Of a DNA stretch of 64,000 nt, positions 61,911 to 64,000 are shown piece by piece. The translations under genes were made by a program, and so were the position numbers. The stretch is from Hemiscyllium ocellatum. Taxonomy: Eukaryota. The stretch covers positions 1,922,001-1,986,000 of the forward strand of contig NC_083445.1 of the NCBI RefSeq assembly GCF_020745735.1, read 5' to 3'. The stretch's first letter is position 1; each line of letters begins with the position of its first letter. A model generated the notes under the pieces. It did no database searches. It saw only the letters and a program-made list of their open reading frames with translations, and was not told the origin of the DNA.

Positions 61911-62178
61911 GTAAGTGAAAACTATTGTAATGAAATAATTGTGAGTGATAGAGATTCTCTACTGGCTCAGTAAATATCTATTTTCTGTGGTTTAAATACT
62001 GGAATGCCAAAATAAATTAAAGGAAATGGGATGTTTTAACACACATTGAAACTTGACACAGCCTAGTCATCTGCTGAAACCAGTATCCACACCAATTCCC
62101 TTAGAATTAGTTTGTTTCCATCTGGTTTCACCTTCTTCCTGCTTTGAGTCCATTTTAAGCCTTTGCATTCTGCAGTTA

Positions 62179-62374
62179 CAATATGGAGTTGCCAGTGTTG
62201 GACTGGGATGCACAATGTCAGAAGTCGATTGACACCAGGTTATAGTCCAACAGGTTTATTTGAAATCACAAGCTTTTGGGGTGTTGTCCCTTCACTTCAT
62301 CTGATGAAGCAGCAATGCTCCAAAAGCTTGTGGTTTTAAATAAATCTGTTGGACAATAACCTGGTGTCGTCTGA
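62179..62374. mobile_element. Palindromic second-family PLE mini-element with 13-bp TSD
   Basis: Inverted GACACCAGGTTATAGTCCAACAG / CTGTTGGACAATAACCTGGTGTC arms; CATTCTGCA(G/A)TTA at 62166-62178 and 62375-62387. Confidence 0.82.
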
Positions 62375-62781
62375 CATTCTGCAATTAGTTATTTTCCTCA
62401 GAGTAAGAACTTCAAAATGAAGTTCATTATCTCAAAAAACAACTACTGCCTGCTTTAAAACAAACACACAATTCCTTCATGAGTGTGTCACTCTCTATCT
62501 CTGTAATCTCCTCCAGCCCAACAAACTTCTGTGATCTCTGCACTGTTCCAATTCAGGCATTTGGTTCATCTCGAATTTTATCACCACTATTGCAAACTGT
62601 GCCTTCAATTGCCAAGTTGTTAGGCTCTGGAATCACTCCCTTAACCTCAACCTTTCCCTCTCTCCTCCTGTAAGGCACTCTCTAGAACATCCCCTCTTTC
62701 AATCATCTGCCCCAATACCTCCTCATGTAACTTGGTGTTAACCATTCATGGGGAAATTGAAACTCTAGTATTTGTAGTCAA

Positions 62782-63235
62782 TGTAACAGTAGTGATTTTA
62801 ACAAGGTCAGCCAAATGGACACTATACAATATGAGTTCACTGGCTGGGGCTGTTAATCAGGAGTATTCCATTCATTCTGAGAGCAGGCTCTGAGAGATCC
62901 AGATCAGTATCAAAGACTATCCACATGTAAATAAAGGGTGACTCCACGATGGGATACTGGCTTCTGTGAAATAATTTCAGTGGCAATGAGAAGAAATCCT
63001 GAAGAAATTCACTCACAATAGTTATCTTTGAATTGGCATAAGCATTTCTGGTATTGTGCCATTATTTAGGAAGCTTGACTCATTTGATCCTGCCATCAAA
63101 GACTGGGCCCTGTATGTGGGAAGAATGCATTATTGCTTTCCGGGCAAATGACATTGCGGCAGATGAAAAGCAATGAGTAATTCTCTTGATAGCTCGTGGA
63201 TCTACAGCTTTTTTGGTTATTAGGTACCTAACTTT
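62782..63235 (+). mobile_element. Gypsy 5' LTR (about 62782-62980) + PBS-like TGG + gag N-terminus
   Basis: TGTAAC...AATAAA...ATTTCA followed by GTGGCAATGAG; then PLFRKLDSFDPAIKDWALYVGRMHYCF...EKQ.VILL. Confidence 0.65.
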
Positions 63236-63239
63236 TCTT

Positions 63240-64000
63240 GAAGCATCAGATTTTAACTTTCCAAACATCAACTGGGACTGCCATAGTGTTAAAGGTTTAG
63301 ATGGAGAGGAATTTCTTAAGCATGTATAAGACAATTTTCTGATTCAGTGTGTGGACGTACCTACTAGAGAAGGTGCAAAACTTGACCTACTCTTGGGAAA
63401 TAAGGCAGGGCAGGTGACTGAGGTGTCAGTGGGGGAGCACTTTGGGGCCAGCGACCATAATTCTGTTCACTTTAAAATAGTGATAGAAAAGGATAGACCA
63501 GATCTAAAAGTTGAAGTTCTAAATTGGAGAAAGGCCAATTTTGACAGTATTAGGCAAGAACTTTCGAAAGCTGATTGGAGGCAGATGTTCGCAGGTAAAG
63601 GGACGGCTGGAAAATAGGAAGCCTTCAGAAATGAGATAACAAGAATCCAGAGAAAGTATATTCCTGTCAGGGTGAAAGAGAAGGCTGGTAGGTATAGGGA
63701 ATGCTGGATGACTAAAGAAATTGAGGGTTTGGTTAAGAAAAAGAAGGAAACATATGTCAGGTATAGACAGGATAGATCGAGTGAATCCTTAGAACAGTAT
63801 AAAGGAAGTAGGAGTATACTTAAGAGGGAAATCAGGAGGGCAAAACAGGGACATGGAATAGCTTTGGCAAATAGAATTAAGGAGAATCCAAAGGGTTTTT
63901 ACAAATATATTAAAGACAAAAAGGTAACAAGGGAGAGAATAGGGCCCCTCAAAGATCAGCAAGGTGGCCTTTGTGTGGAGCCACAGAAAATGGGGGAGAT
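63240..64000 (+). mobile_element. CR1 LINE ORF2 EN/linker region (runs off the window)
   Basis: DVPTREGAKLDLLLGN, GASDHNSV, ALANRIKENPKGFYKYIK; nearly identical to the minus copy at about 50560-51300. Confidence 0.93.

Overview
Repeat-dense eukaryotic genomic DNA, very probably from a shark or ray (inferred from HE1/V-SINE-type tRNA SINEs with (CTAAT)n tails and abundant CR1 and Penelope-like elements). It contains two tandem, same-strand ICAM-family (immunoglobulin superfamily adhesion) genes, each cut by a window edge. Gene 1 is missing its signal and D1 exons, which are presumably upstream. It has Ig exons D2-D6 and a TM/cytoplasmic exon between 9603 and 21930, all joined by GT-AG phase-1 introns. 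Gene 2 has a signal-peptide exon at 46107-46173 and a four-cysteine ICAM D1 exon at 61638-61910. Most of the remaining sequence is CR1, L2, L1, Gypsy, Penelope-like (PLE) and SINE remnants. Highlights: (i) two extra paralogous TM/cytoplasmic exons downstream of gene 1, one with an intramembrane Arg and a short tail; (ii) an exact copy of the mammalian ICAM1 interferon-gamma palindromic GAS element (TTTCCGGGAAA) about 85 bp before the gene 2 ATG, plus an intron-1 NF-kB/IRF motif cluster; (iii) PLE insertions built as asymmetric palindromes of about 0.2 to 4.4 kb, most with target-site duplications, carrying minimal hammerhead ribozyme motifs; (iv) signs of local gene conversion. All alignments and folds were done by eye. 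Repeat boundaries are approximate, and exon coordinates were checked base by base.
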